The notes below the pieces were generated by a model that worked only from the letters and a program-made list of their open reading frames with translations, was not told the DNA's origin and searched no databases. A program made the position numbers and the translations under genes. 64,000 nt of DNA, taken from positions 1 through 64,000 of the forward strand of contig JACRKZ010000129.1 in assembly GCA_016235455.1 (NCBI GenBank), read 5' to 3'. Below, in pieces: positions 38,279 to 46,253 of this stretch. This DNA is from Armatimonadota bacterium. Lineage in GTDB: Bacteria; Armatimonadota; UBA10988. How positions within the stretch are numbered: the first letter of the stretch is position 1; each line of letters starts with the position of its first letter.

Positions 38279-39267
38279 GGCAGCGCCACTGTCAGGCCAC
38301 CCACGCCGGCCGTGCGGGCCTCGCTGGCCAGCGGCTCGCGCCGGTCGTCGAGCGGCTCGTCGCCGCCGCGAAGCGCGGGCATGACGCCGCCCCGCAAGCC
38401 GGCGATCGCCGCCGCAACAGCCAGCGCGCCGGCCGCGCCGAGGCAGTCGCCATAGAGCGCCTGCGGCGCGCAACTGGTCGCCGCGCCGTCGGTCGAGACG
38501 TACCAGTCGGCCTCGCCATCGCTCAGGCTGAGCCAGGCCAGCACCTCGGCGCCGCGCGCGGTGGCGTTGGCCTCGGTCTCCAGCAACAGCATGGCCGCAC
38601 CCTCGCCCAGCGCCACCTGATTGTCGCCACTGGGGTCGTAGGCGTCGGGATCGTCGGTACGCAGCAGCGGCCCGGCGTGGCCGGCAACGATGTCGGGACA
38701 CAGCGCATCGACCGCGCCGGTCAGTACGGCGTCGGCGTGGCCCATGGCCAGGGCCACCAACGCCGTCTCCAGCGCCACGAGGCCCGAGGCCGCGCCGCTG
38801 GTGATGGTCGCGTGGTAGCCCTTCAGGCCGAAGTCGATACTGATCAGGCTGGTCGGCGTGTTGACAAACGCGTGGCTGAAGACCAGCGGCGTGGCGTACT
38901 TGACGCCGCGCGAACGCACCCGTTGGGTGTAGTTGGCGGCAGTGCCCAGGCAGCCATACTGCGTGCCCAGGACGATACCGCAACGCTCAGCCTCGCCCGG
39001 CGCGGCGCTCAGGCCAGCCTGGTCCAGGCACAGCTTGGTGGCGGCCAGGGCAAACTCCGAAGCGCGGTCGAGGTAGCCCTTCTCGGCCACCAGGTAGTCA
39101 CGCACCTGGAAGCCCACCACCTCACCGACCAGCAACGGCTCGTCGGGCGACCCACTCCAGGGGCCAAGCCCAGTGATGCCCTGCACCACCGCCTCGGCGA
39201 ACGGTTCATAGCCCACGCCGACGGCGCTGACTACGCCAATCCCGGTCACGGCAACTCGCTGCGCCAT
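38275..39267 (-). CDS. Beta-ketoacyl synthase-like protein lacking catalytic residues (chain-length-factor-like)
   Basis: VAVTGIGVVS, PLVFSHAFVN; TSGAASG where active KS has ACSSG; GEGAAMLLLE; short C-terminal domain with YGDCLGAAG instead of TGHxxGAAG. Confidence 0.85.
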   Translation of the reverse strand: MAQRVAVTGIGVVSAVGVGYEPFAEAVVQGITGLGPWSGSPDEPLLVGEVVGFQVRDYLVAEKGYLDRASEFALAATKLCLDQAGLSAAPGEAERCGIVLGTQYGCLGTAANYTQRVRSRGVKYATPLVFSHAFVNTPTSLISIDFGLKGYHATITSGAASGLVALETALVALAMGHADAVLTGAVDALCPDIVAGHAGPLLRTDDPDAYDPSGDNQVALGEGAAMLLLETEANATARGAEVLAWLSLSDGEADWYVSTDGAATSCAPQALYGDCLGAAGALAVAAAIAGLRGGVMPALRGGDEPLDDRREPLASEARTAGVGGLTVALP

Positions 39268-39268
39268 C

Positions 39269-40429
39269 TCAGCACCTCCCCAGCAGCACCGCGGCGTTGT
39301 TGCCGCCGAGACCAGCGCTGACGGACAGCACCACATCGAACTCCGCCGGCCGTGAGCGGCCCGGCACGCAGTCCAGGTCGCAGGCCGGGTCGGGCTCGTC
39401 CAGGCCAAGCGTGGGCGGCACCACCTGGTCGCGCAGGGCCATGATGCTGACCACCGCCTCCAGCGCGCCAGCCGCGCCCATGGCATGGCCGGTGGCGCCC
39501 TTGATGGCGCTGACGGGCACCTGGTAGGCGTGGTCGCCCAGCACGGTCTTCACCGCCGCCGTCTCGGCCGGGTCGTGGTGCTCGGTGCCGGTGGCATGGG
39601 CGTTCACGTGGCCGATGCGCTCCGGCCCGATGCCGGCTTGGTCCAGCGCGCGACGCATGGCCACCACCATGCCCTCGCCGCCCTTGTCGGGCGCGGTCAT
39701 GTGGTAGGCGTTGTTGGTCACGCCATAGCCCAGCACCAGGGCCAGCGCCGTGGCCTCGCGCGCCGCGGCGCATTCCACGCTCTCGAGCAGCACGGCGCCG
39801 GCGCCCTCGCCGAAGATGGTGCCGCTGCGCTTGACGTCGAACGGGCGGATGGTGTCGGTGGTGATGGTGTGCAGAATGCTCAGCCCGCTCAGGCAGAACA
39901 GGCCCAGCTCGTCCGTGCCGACGGCGATGGCGGCGTCGGCCAGGCCGTAGCGGATCAGGTCGGCGGCATGGCCCACGGCCTGCGTGCCGCTGGAACACGC
40001 ATTGGACAGCGTGACCACCGGACCGTCGACACCAAACTCGCGGGCCAGCACCTGTGCCGTGCTGCCGTAGTCGCCGCCGGCCAGGCGCCGGGCCCCCGCC
40101 GCCTGCATCCACAGGTCGTCCTGCGCGCCGAAGTTGGTGGCCACCACCAGCGCCACGCGCACGGTCTCGGAACGCAGACGCGACTGACGCAGCGCCTCAC
40201 CAGCCGCTACCCGCGCATAGCCGGTGACGCGGGGCTCGCCCTCGACCGCCAGCGGCGCCCATTCGTCCTCGGGCACCTCGCCAGCCAGCGTGTTGCGCAG
40301 ACCCGTGGTCTCGAATCGCTGCATCGGCCGCAAGCCGCTCTGGCCGCCCAGCAGGCGCATCCACAGCAGGTCGCGCCCGACCCCCAGGGCGCTCACCGCG
40401 CCCACACCCGTCACAACAACCTGGTTCAT
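39269..40429 (-). CDS. Beta-ketoacyl-ACP synthase (FabF-like, active Cys-His-His)
   Basis: NACSSG, RPFD..RSG, GEGAG, NAHATGT, KGATGHAMGAAG, GLGGNN. Confidence 0.93.
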   Translation of the reverse strand: MNQVVVTGVGAVSALGVGRDLLWMRLLGGQSGLRPMQRFETTGLRNTLAGEVPEDEWAPLAVEGEPRVTGYARVAAGEALRQSRLRSETVRVALVVATNFGAQDDLWMQAAGARRLAGGDYGSTAQVLAREFGVDGPVVTLSNACSSGTQAVGHAADLIRYGLADAAIAVGTDELGLFCLSGLSILHTITTDTIRPFDVKRSGTIFGEGAGAVLLESVECAAAREATALALVLGYGVTNNAYHMTAPDKGGEGMVVAMRRALDQAGIGPERIGHVNAHATGTEHHDPAETAAVKTVLGDHAYQVPVSAIKGATGHAMGAAGALEAVVSIMALRDQVVPPTLGLDEPDPACDLDCVPGRSRPAEFDVVLSVSAGLGGNNAAVLLGRC

Positions 40430-40441
40430 GAGAGGCCAATC

Positions 40442-41185
40442 CTAAGCGCTCAAGCCACCATCGACCACGAACACCTGACCGGTGATGTAGGCCGCCACAT
40501 CCGTAGCTAGAAAGACGACAAGGCCGGCCACTTCGTTCGGGTTGCCGAACCGGCCGAGCGGAATCTGAGACAACATGGTCTCGCGGCGCGGCGCCGGCAT
40601 CGACTCGGTCATCTCGGTCTCGATGATGCCGGGCGCGATGGCGTTGGCCGTCACGCCACGCTTGGCCAACTCGCGGGCGGTAGCCTTGGTCAGGCCGATG
40701 ACGCCGGCCTTGGCCGCGGAGTAGTTGGCGCGCAGGGCATCGCCGCGCAAGCCGGCCACCGAACTGACGTTGATGATGCGGCCCGCCGGCGACTTGCACA
40801 GCGCGCGCACGGCGTGCTTGCTGCATAGGAACGAGCCCTTGAGATTGACGTCGATGACCTCGTCCCACTCGCCCAGGGTCATGTAGTTCAGGTACTTGTC
40901 GCGCACCAGACCGGCGTTGTTCACCAGGATGTCGAGCCCGCCCAAGGCTTGATCGGTGGCGGCCAGCAGCGCCTTGACGTCGTCTTCGACCGACACGTCG
41001 CCGGCCACGGCCACCGCGCGGCGGCCCATGGCCTCGATCGCGGCGACCACGTCGGACGCGGCCTGGGCCGATGACCGGTAGTTGATGACCACGTCGGCGC
41101 CAGCCTCGGCCAGCGCCAGAGCGATGGCGCGGCCGATGCCGCGCGCGGCACCGGTCACCAGGGCCCGCTTGCCACTCAACACCAT
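40442..41185 (-). CDS. fabG: 3-oxoacyl-ACP reductase (SDR)
   Basis: TGAARGIG, NNAG, NVSS, YSAAK, NAIAPG, YITGQ. Confidence 0.88.
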   Translation of the reverse strand: MVLSGKRALVTGAARGIGRAIALALAEAGADVVINYRSSAQAASDVVAAIEAMGRRAVAVAGDVSVEDDVKALLAATDQALGGLDILVNNAGLVRDKYLNYMTLGEWDEVIDVNLKGSFLCSKHAVRALCKSPAGRIINVSSVAGLRGDALRANYSAAKAGVIGLTKATARELAKRGVTANAIAPGIIETEMTESMPAPRRETMLSQIPLGRFGNPNEVAGLVVFLATDVAAYITGQVFVVDGGLSA

Positions 41186-41204
41186 GTGCGTCTCTCCCGC
41201 TTGG

Positions 41205-41582
41205 CTACGACTCGAGGATGGCCATGGCCACGGCCATCTCGCGCTCGTGTGAAATGCTCAGATGCCAGACGCGCCCGCCGAGTTCCGCGCAGCGCTCGGC
41301 AGCGCGGCCATGCAGCGTGATGTGTGGCGCACCGGCTTCGTCGTTGAGGATCTCGATCTGCGTGAACCCGACGCCGCTGGCCCAACCGGTGCCCAGCGCC
41401 TTGAGCACCGCCTCCTTGGCGGCGAAGCGGCCGGCGAGGCGGGTTACGGGGTTGGCCAGGCCGCACATGGCGGCGGTCTCGGCCGCGCTGAGCAGATGGC
41501 GATAGACGCGCTCGCCGTGGCGCTCATAGAGCCGCGCGATGCGGTCGAGAGCGACGATATCGATGCCGGTGCCGACGATCAT
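41205..41582 (-). CDS. acpS: Holo-[acyl-carrier-protein] synthase
   Basis: MIVGTGIDIV, LAGRFAAKEAVLKALGTG, LSISH. Confidence 0.95.
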   Translation of the reverse strand: MIVGTGIDIVALDRIARLYERHGERVYRHLLSAAETAAMCGLANPVTRLAGRFAAKEAVLKALGTGWASGVGFTQIEILNDEAGAPHITLHGRAAERCAELGGRVWHLSISHEREMAVAMAILES

Positions 41583-41586
41583 GGCC

Positions 41587-42543
41587 TCACAGCTCGATGG
41601 CCATGCCCTCGTAGCCGACCACGACTCGGGGCCGTTCGCTCGCCGGCACGCGGTCGAGGTAGCGCATGGCATCGTGGAAGATCTGGTTGATCTTGTCGTC
41701 GGGATAGGTGGGCTCGTGGTGCACGAAGACCATGGTCTCCACGCGCGCGTCGACAGCCAGGTCGATGCCGATCATCGCGCTCGAATGGCCCCAGTTCTGC
41801 TTCTCGACCAAGGCCTCGCGCAGCGTGTACTGCGCGTCGAAGACGAGCACATCGGCCGAGCGGAAGAAGTCGACGTACTTCTGCCAGTAGTCGCCCACCA
41901 GGTCGCGGTACTCCGCGTCGGTGGCCATGACCATCGAGTGGCCATCGGCCTCCACGCGGTAGGCGAAGGCCTGGCCGGGATGGTCCATCTCCATGGCCGA
42001 GACCTTCATGCGGCCGTCGAACAGTTCCATGGTCGGCAGCATCTGGTGGTAGGTCTTGTCGGCGGCCATCATCTCGAGCGTGGCCGGGAAGAACTTGGGC
42101 GCCTGCTGGTAGCGCAGCCGGTCCTCGAGGTGGTCGTGACAGGCATACAGGTCGAAGCGGTTGCCAGGGATGAACAACGGCACGAAGAAGGGGAAGCCCT
42201 GGATGTGGTCCCAGTGCGTGTGCGTGAACACGATGGCGCCGCGACCCTGACCCTTGCCGAACTCGCTGCTCAGCAGATGCTGGCCGAGTTCGCGGATGCC
42301 GGTGCCGGCGTCGATGATGAGCAGGTCGCCAGCGTTGTTGCGCACCTCGACGCACGTGGTGTTGCCACCCCATGAGCCGCGCATATGGAGCGGGAGCGCC
42401 GACACGTAGTCGCGTACGGCCTGCTCGTCGCTCAGGTCCAGGCCCTGCGCGCCCCGGAGCGCGTCCACCAACTTGGCCTCGATGGCCTCGTTGGACAGTG
42501 GCGTGGGGATGGACCCCCGCACTCCCCAGAAGCGCACCGTCAT
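41587..42543 (-). CDS. MBL-fold metallohydrolase, probable (cyclic-nucleotide) phosphodiesterase
   Basis: FWGVRGSIPTP, GGNTTCVE, DAGTG, THTHWDHIQGFPFF, HPG, TDAE, DAQY, WGHS, HHEP. Confidence 0.85.
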   Translation of the reverse strand: MTVRFWGVRGSIPTPLSNEAIEAKLVDALRGAQGLDLSDEQAVRDYVSALPLHMRGSWGGNTTCVEVRNNAGDLLIIDAGTGIRELGQHLLSSEFGKGQGRGAIVFTHTHWDHIQGFPFFVPLFIPGNRFDLYACHDHLEDRLRYQQAPKFFPATLEMMAADKTYHQMLPTMELFDGRMKVSAMEMDHPGQAFAYRVEADGHSMVMATDAEYRDLVGDYWQKYVDFFRSADVLVFDAQYTLREALVEKQNWGHSSAMIGIDLAVDARVETMVFVHHEPTYPDDKINQIFHDAMRYLDRVPASERPRVVVGYEGMAIEL

Positions 42544-42555
42544 CGCCGCACCGCC

Positions 42556-42897
42556 CTATCCTCCGGCCGCCAACTCGGCCAGCGCGCTCGCCTCGGTGTC
42601 ACGAATCTCGAACAGCGGCACAAACCCGGCAATCTCCAGCACCTCGGCCACGGCGGGTCCCAGGCCGCTCAGCCGCAACTGGAAGCCCTCGGCGCGCGCC
42701 CGCTTGGCCAGGCCCAGCAGGACGCGCAAGCCGGCGCTGCTCAGGTAGTCCGCGCCACTCAGGTCCAGGATCAGATGCTGACCAGCACCGGGCAACGTGG
42801 CCAAGGCTACGTCCAGCGCCGGCGACGTGTAGGCGTCGACGCGGCCCTGCACCCGCGCGATGATCGCTGGTCCCTGTTGTACCACCTCAGTCGTCAC
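42556..42897 (-). CDS. STAS anti-sigma-factor antagonist
   Basis: GRVDAYTSP, LDLSGADYLSSAGLRVL with phosphorylatable Ser, EVLEIAGF. Confidence 0.93.
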   Translation of the reverse strand: MTTEVVQQGPAIIARVQGRVDAYTSPALDVALATLPGAGQHLILDLSGADYLSSAGLRVLLGLAKRARAEGFQLRLSGLGPAVAEVLEIAGFVPLFEIRDTEASALAELAAGG

Positions 42898-43378
42898 CGG
42901 CTACCACCTTGCCCGAGTCGAGACACTTGGTCAAGACCAACTCCTTGCCATCGTCGGTGGGCCAGACTTCCACGCTGTCCATGATCCGGCGCATCAGGTA
43001 GACGCCCAGCCCGCCTATACGGCGCTTCTCCAGCGGCGCACCGACCAGCGGCGCCGCCAGCGTGGCCGGATCGAAGGCCCGACCGCGGTCGCGCACACGT
43101 ATCCGCAGACCATCCGCCGTGGATTCACAGACAACCCGCAAGGGCGCGTCGTTGCCATCGTTACCATCGCCCACCAGCCGGCCGTGGTCCAGCGCGTTGG
43201 CGCAGGCCTCGTCGACGGCCAGCCTGATGCGCGCCACGACCTGCTCGTCGAACCCGCGGCGGCGCGCCAAAAAGGAGACGAACTGGCCGACCAGTTCCAG
43301 GTACGCGGCATCTGCCGGCACGGCCAATTCCGCCGCGCCGCTGACCACCGCCGATTGGGCCGCATCCAACGCCGCCAT
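42887..43378 (-). CDS. Anti-sigma regulatory Ser kinase (RsbW/SpoIIAB-like)
   Basis: LAVDEACANALDHG, DRGRAFDP, GGLGVYLMRRIMD. Start moved to 43378. Confidence 0.92.
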   Translation of the reverse strand: MAALDAAQSAVVSGAAELAVPADAAYLELVGQFVSFLARRRGFDEQVVARIRLAVDEACANALDHGRLVGDGNDGNDAPLRVVCESTADGLRIRVRDRGRAFDPATLAAPLVGAPLEKRRIGGLGVYLMRRIMDSVEVWPTDDGKELVLTKCLDSGKVVAGDD

Positions 43379-44064
43379 CAGACCTCCGTCGATTCGCCGG
43401 GCTTGAGAATGACCACCTCGGCCACATCGCCCACCAGCCGCGCAAACCGCCGCGGGTCCTGGGCGATGAGCGGGAACGTATCGTAGTGGCACGGCACGAC
43501 GCGCTTAGGCCGCACCATGCGCACGGCTTCGGCGGCATCCTCGGGCCCCATAGTGTAGTTGTCGCCGATGGGCACCAGCATCAGGTCCACCTGGTTGAGC
43601 CGGCCGACCAGTTCGAAGTCCGACAGCAGGGCCGTATCGCCCAAGTGGAAGACCGTGCGTCGCTCCGCGGTGTACAGAATGGAGGCAGGCGTGCCGCAGT
43701 AGACGATCTGCTGGTGCGCTTCGTCGATCATGCACGAACCGTGCGCCGCGGGCGTGAACTTGACGCGGCCGAACGGGTAGTCATGGGCGCCGCCCAGGTG
43801 CTGGGCATGGGCCGTGATGCCCTGCCAGCCGAGCACCGTGGCCAGCTCGTAGACCGCCACGACCGGGATGTTGAGCCGGTTGGCGATGCCGACCGCGTCG
43901 CCGACGTGGTCGCCGTGGGCGTGGCTCAACAGGATGGCATCGCACCTTACCTGGTCGGCGCTGACCGCCGCGCTCGGGTTGCCCGAGAGGAACGGGTCGA
44001 ACAGCACAGCGCCCGTGCCGCTCTCGGCCAGGAAGCACGAATGCCCGTAGAAAGTGACCTTCAT
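43378..44064 (-). CDS. UPF0173-like metal-dependent hydrolase (MBL fold)
   Basis: MKVTFYGHSCF, DPFLSGNP, SHAHGDHVGD, HGS, HLGDT, PIGDNYTMG, PCHYDTFP. Confidence 0.92.
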   Translation of the reverse strand: MKVTFYGHSCFLAESGTGAVLFDPFLSGNPSAAVSADQVRCDAILLSHAHGDHVGDAVGIANRLNIPVVAVYELATVLGWQGITAHAQHLGGAHDYPFGRVKFTPAAHGSCMIDEAHQQIVYCGTPASILYTAERRTVFHLGDTALLSDFELVGRLNQVDLMLVPIGDNYTMGPEDAAEAVRMVRPKRVVPCHYDTFPLIAQDPRRFARLVGDVAEVVILKPGESTEV

Positions 44065-44068
44065 GGCT

Positions 44069-44992
44069 TCACTCCTCGTTGCCGTCGGCCAAGGCCCGCG
44101 CCGCACCGACCACCTTCTGGGCCACTTCGCCAGTGAGCGCGCGCAGCAGGTCGAGCCCCATGGACACGCCGGCCGCCTTGGCATGACCGCCGCCGCCGAA
44201 TTGCTCGGCGATGCGACTGGCGTCAATTTCGTCGGATTGGGTGCGCATGGAGAAGCGCAGGTAGCCGCGGTCCAGGCTGCGCAGGTCGACCAGCACCACC
44301 AGCGTGTCGGGATCGCCGACCATGTCGCCGACCTCACTCACCGAACCCCAGCAGCACACCGCCTTGACCTTCTGGCCAGCGCGGAGATCCAGCACCGTGG
44401 CTGACTGCTCGGCCAGGCTGCGGCTCCACTCACGTTCGCGCAGCGTGCGCTCGCTGGCGGCGGTCATGGCGTCGGTCGGATAGTAGACCCGCATGGGATC
44501 GGCGCGGAGCGTGTCGAACAGCTCCTGCACCTGCATCTGACCCAGAATGTCGTTGAACGTCTGCGACTCGGGCAGGGCACGCACCCACAGGTCCTGGTCG
44601 TGCGTGTAGTCCAGGAGCGTCTGCAGGGGCATCGGCACCTCGACCCCCAGCGTCGCCAGCCGCTGCGCGATCATCTCGGCCGAGCAGAAGGCGCCGGTGC
44701 GATCGATGGCACAATGGGCCATCCAGGCCTGGTCGTCCGAAGAGGCATGGTGATCGAACCAGGAGACCTCGGCCACGGCCGAGCGCAGCGTCGCCATCTC
44801 CGGCGAGTCGTCCTTCATGCTCAGGTCGGCGACCCAGATGACGTCGTAGCCGCCTGCCCGGCGCGCCACCAACTCGGGGAACCGGTCGTACGTACAAAAG
44901 AAGACGTCGCAGTCCGGCATGGCCTCGCGAGCCAGGAGAGCACAGGTCAGCGCGTCGAGATCGTTGTGGGTGAACAGCGCCCGTCGGCTCAT
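44069..44992 (-). CDS. DHH/DHHA1 phosphoesterase (NrnB-like nanoRNase)
   Basis: THNDLD, ADL, DHH, DLW, SMR, GGGGHAKAAG. Confidence 0.88.
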   Translation of the reverse strand: MSRRALFTHNDLDALTCALLAREAMPDCDVFFCTYDRFPELVARRAGGYDVIWVADLSMKDDSPEMATLRSAVAEVSWFDHHASSDDQAWMAHCAIDRTGAFCSAEMIAQRLATLGVEVPMPLQTLLDYTHDQDLWVRALPESQTFNDILGQMQVQELFDTLRADPMRVYYPTDAMTAASERTLREREWSRSLAEQSATVLDLRAGQKVKAVCCWGSVSEVGDMVGDPDTLVVLVDLRSLDRGYLRFSMRTQSDEIDASRIAEQFGGGGHAKAAGVSMGLDLLRALTGEVAQKVVGAARALADGNEE

Positions 44993-45037
44993 GCCCAGGT
45001 CCTTCCCCAAGCCCGCATCCCTGGCGAGGACGAGGCC

Positions 45038-45066
45038 ATTGTAGGTTCGCCAAATGGCGGTGTCAA
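45038..45066 (-). promoter_or_regulatory. Near-consensus sigma70 promoter for the DHH-to-KS genes
   Basis: Minus strand TTGACA (45066-45061), 17 bp, TACAAT (45043-45038); a second TTGACA lies 21 bp upstream. Confidence 0.8.
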
Positions 45067-45083
45067 GCGCGTTAACAGCATTG

Positions 45084-46253
45084 TCAAGTGGTCTCCCCAA
45101 CCCGCGCCGGCGACCTTGGCGCCAGGTCGCGGAGCTGTTTCGACGCACGCCGCAGCGCGTCGATGGCGAGGTCGATTTCGGCCTCGGTGTTGTCCTTGCC
45201 CACGGTCAGCCGCAACGACCCGTGCGCCCGGTCGCGCGCGCCTCCCAGGGCCAGCAGCACATGCGAGGGATCGGTGGCACCGCTCGAGCAGGCCGATCCC
45301 GTCGATACCGCGATGCCTTCGCCATCGAGCAGCACCAGCAGGTTCTCGCCGCTGACGTGGTCGAAGCTAACGTTCACGTTGTTGGCCAGCCGCTCGCCGC
45401 GCGGGCCATTGAGCCAGGCGCCCTCGATGCTCAGCAGCCCGGCGATGAGCCGGTCGCGCAGTTGCCGGCAGTGCTCGGTGCGACTGGCCCGTTCCTGTTC
45501 CAGCAGCGCCACGGCGGCGCCCAAGCCGACGATGCCGGCCACGTTCTCCGTGCCCGCGCGGCGGCCGCGCTCCTGGCTGCCGCCGAGGATGCGCGGCTCC
45601 GGCCGCAAGCCGGTGCGCACATAGGCGAAGCCGACGCCCTTGGGCCCGTGGATCTTGTGGGCCGACGCCGCCAGCAGGCTGATGTGCGCCGCGCGCACGT
45701 CGATGGGCAACTCGCCCAGGCTCTGCACCGCGTCCGTGTGGAACGGCACATCGCGCTCGGCGCAACGGGCGCCCAACTCGGCGATGGGCTGAATGGTGCC
45801 AATCTCGTTGTTCGCGTGCATCACCGACACCAGTATGGTGTCGTTCCGCAGGCGCGCGGCGAGCGCTTCGGGCGATACGAAACCCTCGGCGTCGACGGGC
45901 AGGTATTCCACGTCGAACCCGTCGCGCGCCAGGCGCTCCGCGCAGTGCAGCACGGCGTGGTGCTCGATGGGCGTGGTCAATACGTGGCGGCCACGGCCGG
46001 CGCGCGCCGCGGCGGTGCCCAACAGGCACAGGCCGTCGCTCTCGCTGCCGCCGCTGCCAAAGACGATCTCGCCTGGTCGCGCGCCGATGAACGCGGCCAC
46101 TCGCTCGCGCACATCCTCCACGGCGGCGCGCGCCCGCCGACCGGCGGCGTGCAGACTGCTGGGATTGCCCCAGTGCTCGGTGAGCCAGGGCATCATGGCG
46201 TCGAGCACCCGCGGATCGAGCGGCGTGGTGGCGGCATGGTCGAGGTAGATCAT
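45084..46253 (-). CDS. iscS: Cysteine desulfurase (IscS/NifS group I)
   Basis: YLDHAATTP, GNPSSLH, MHANNEIG, HTDAVQ, SAHKIHGPKG, RAGTEN, STGSACSSG; ATGA overlap with cyclase stop. Confidence 0.93.
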   Translation of the reverse strand: MIYLDHAATTPLDPRVLDAMMPWLTEHWGNPSSLHAAGRRARAAVEDVRERVAAFIGARPGEIVFGSGGSESDGLCLLGTAAARAGRGRHVLTTPIEHHAVLHCAERLARDGFDVEYLPVDAEGFVSPEALAARLRNDTILVSVMHANNEIGTIQPIAELGARCAERDVPFHTDAVQSLGELPIDVRAAHISLLAASAHKIHGPKGVGFAYVRTGLRPEPRILGGSQERGRRAGTENVAGIVGLGAAVALLEQERASRTEHCRQLRDRLIAGLLSIEGAWLNGPRGERLANNVNVSFDHVSGENLLVLLDGEGIAVSTGSACSSGATDPSHVLLALGGARDRAHGSLRLTVGKDNTEAEIDLAIDALRRASKQLRDLAPRSPARVGETT

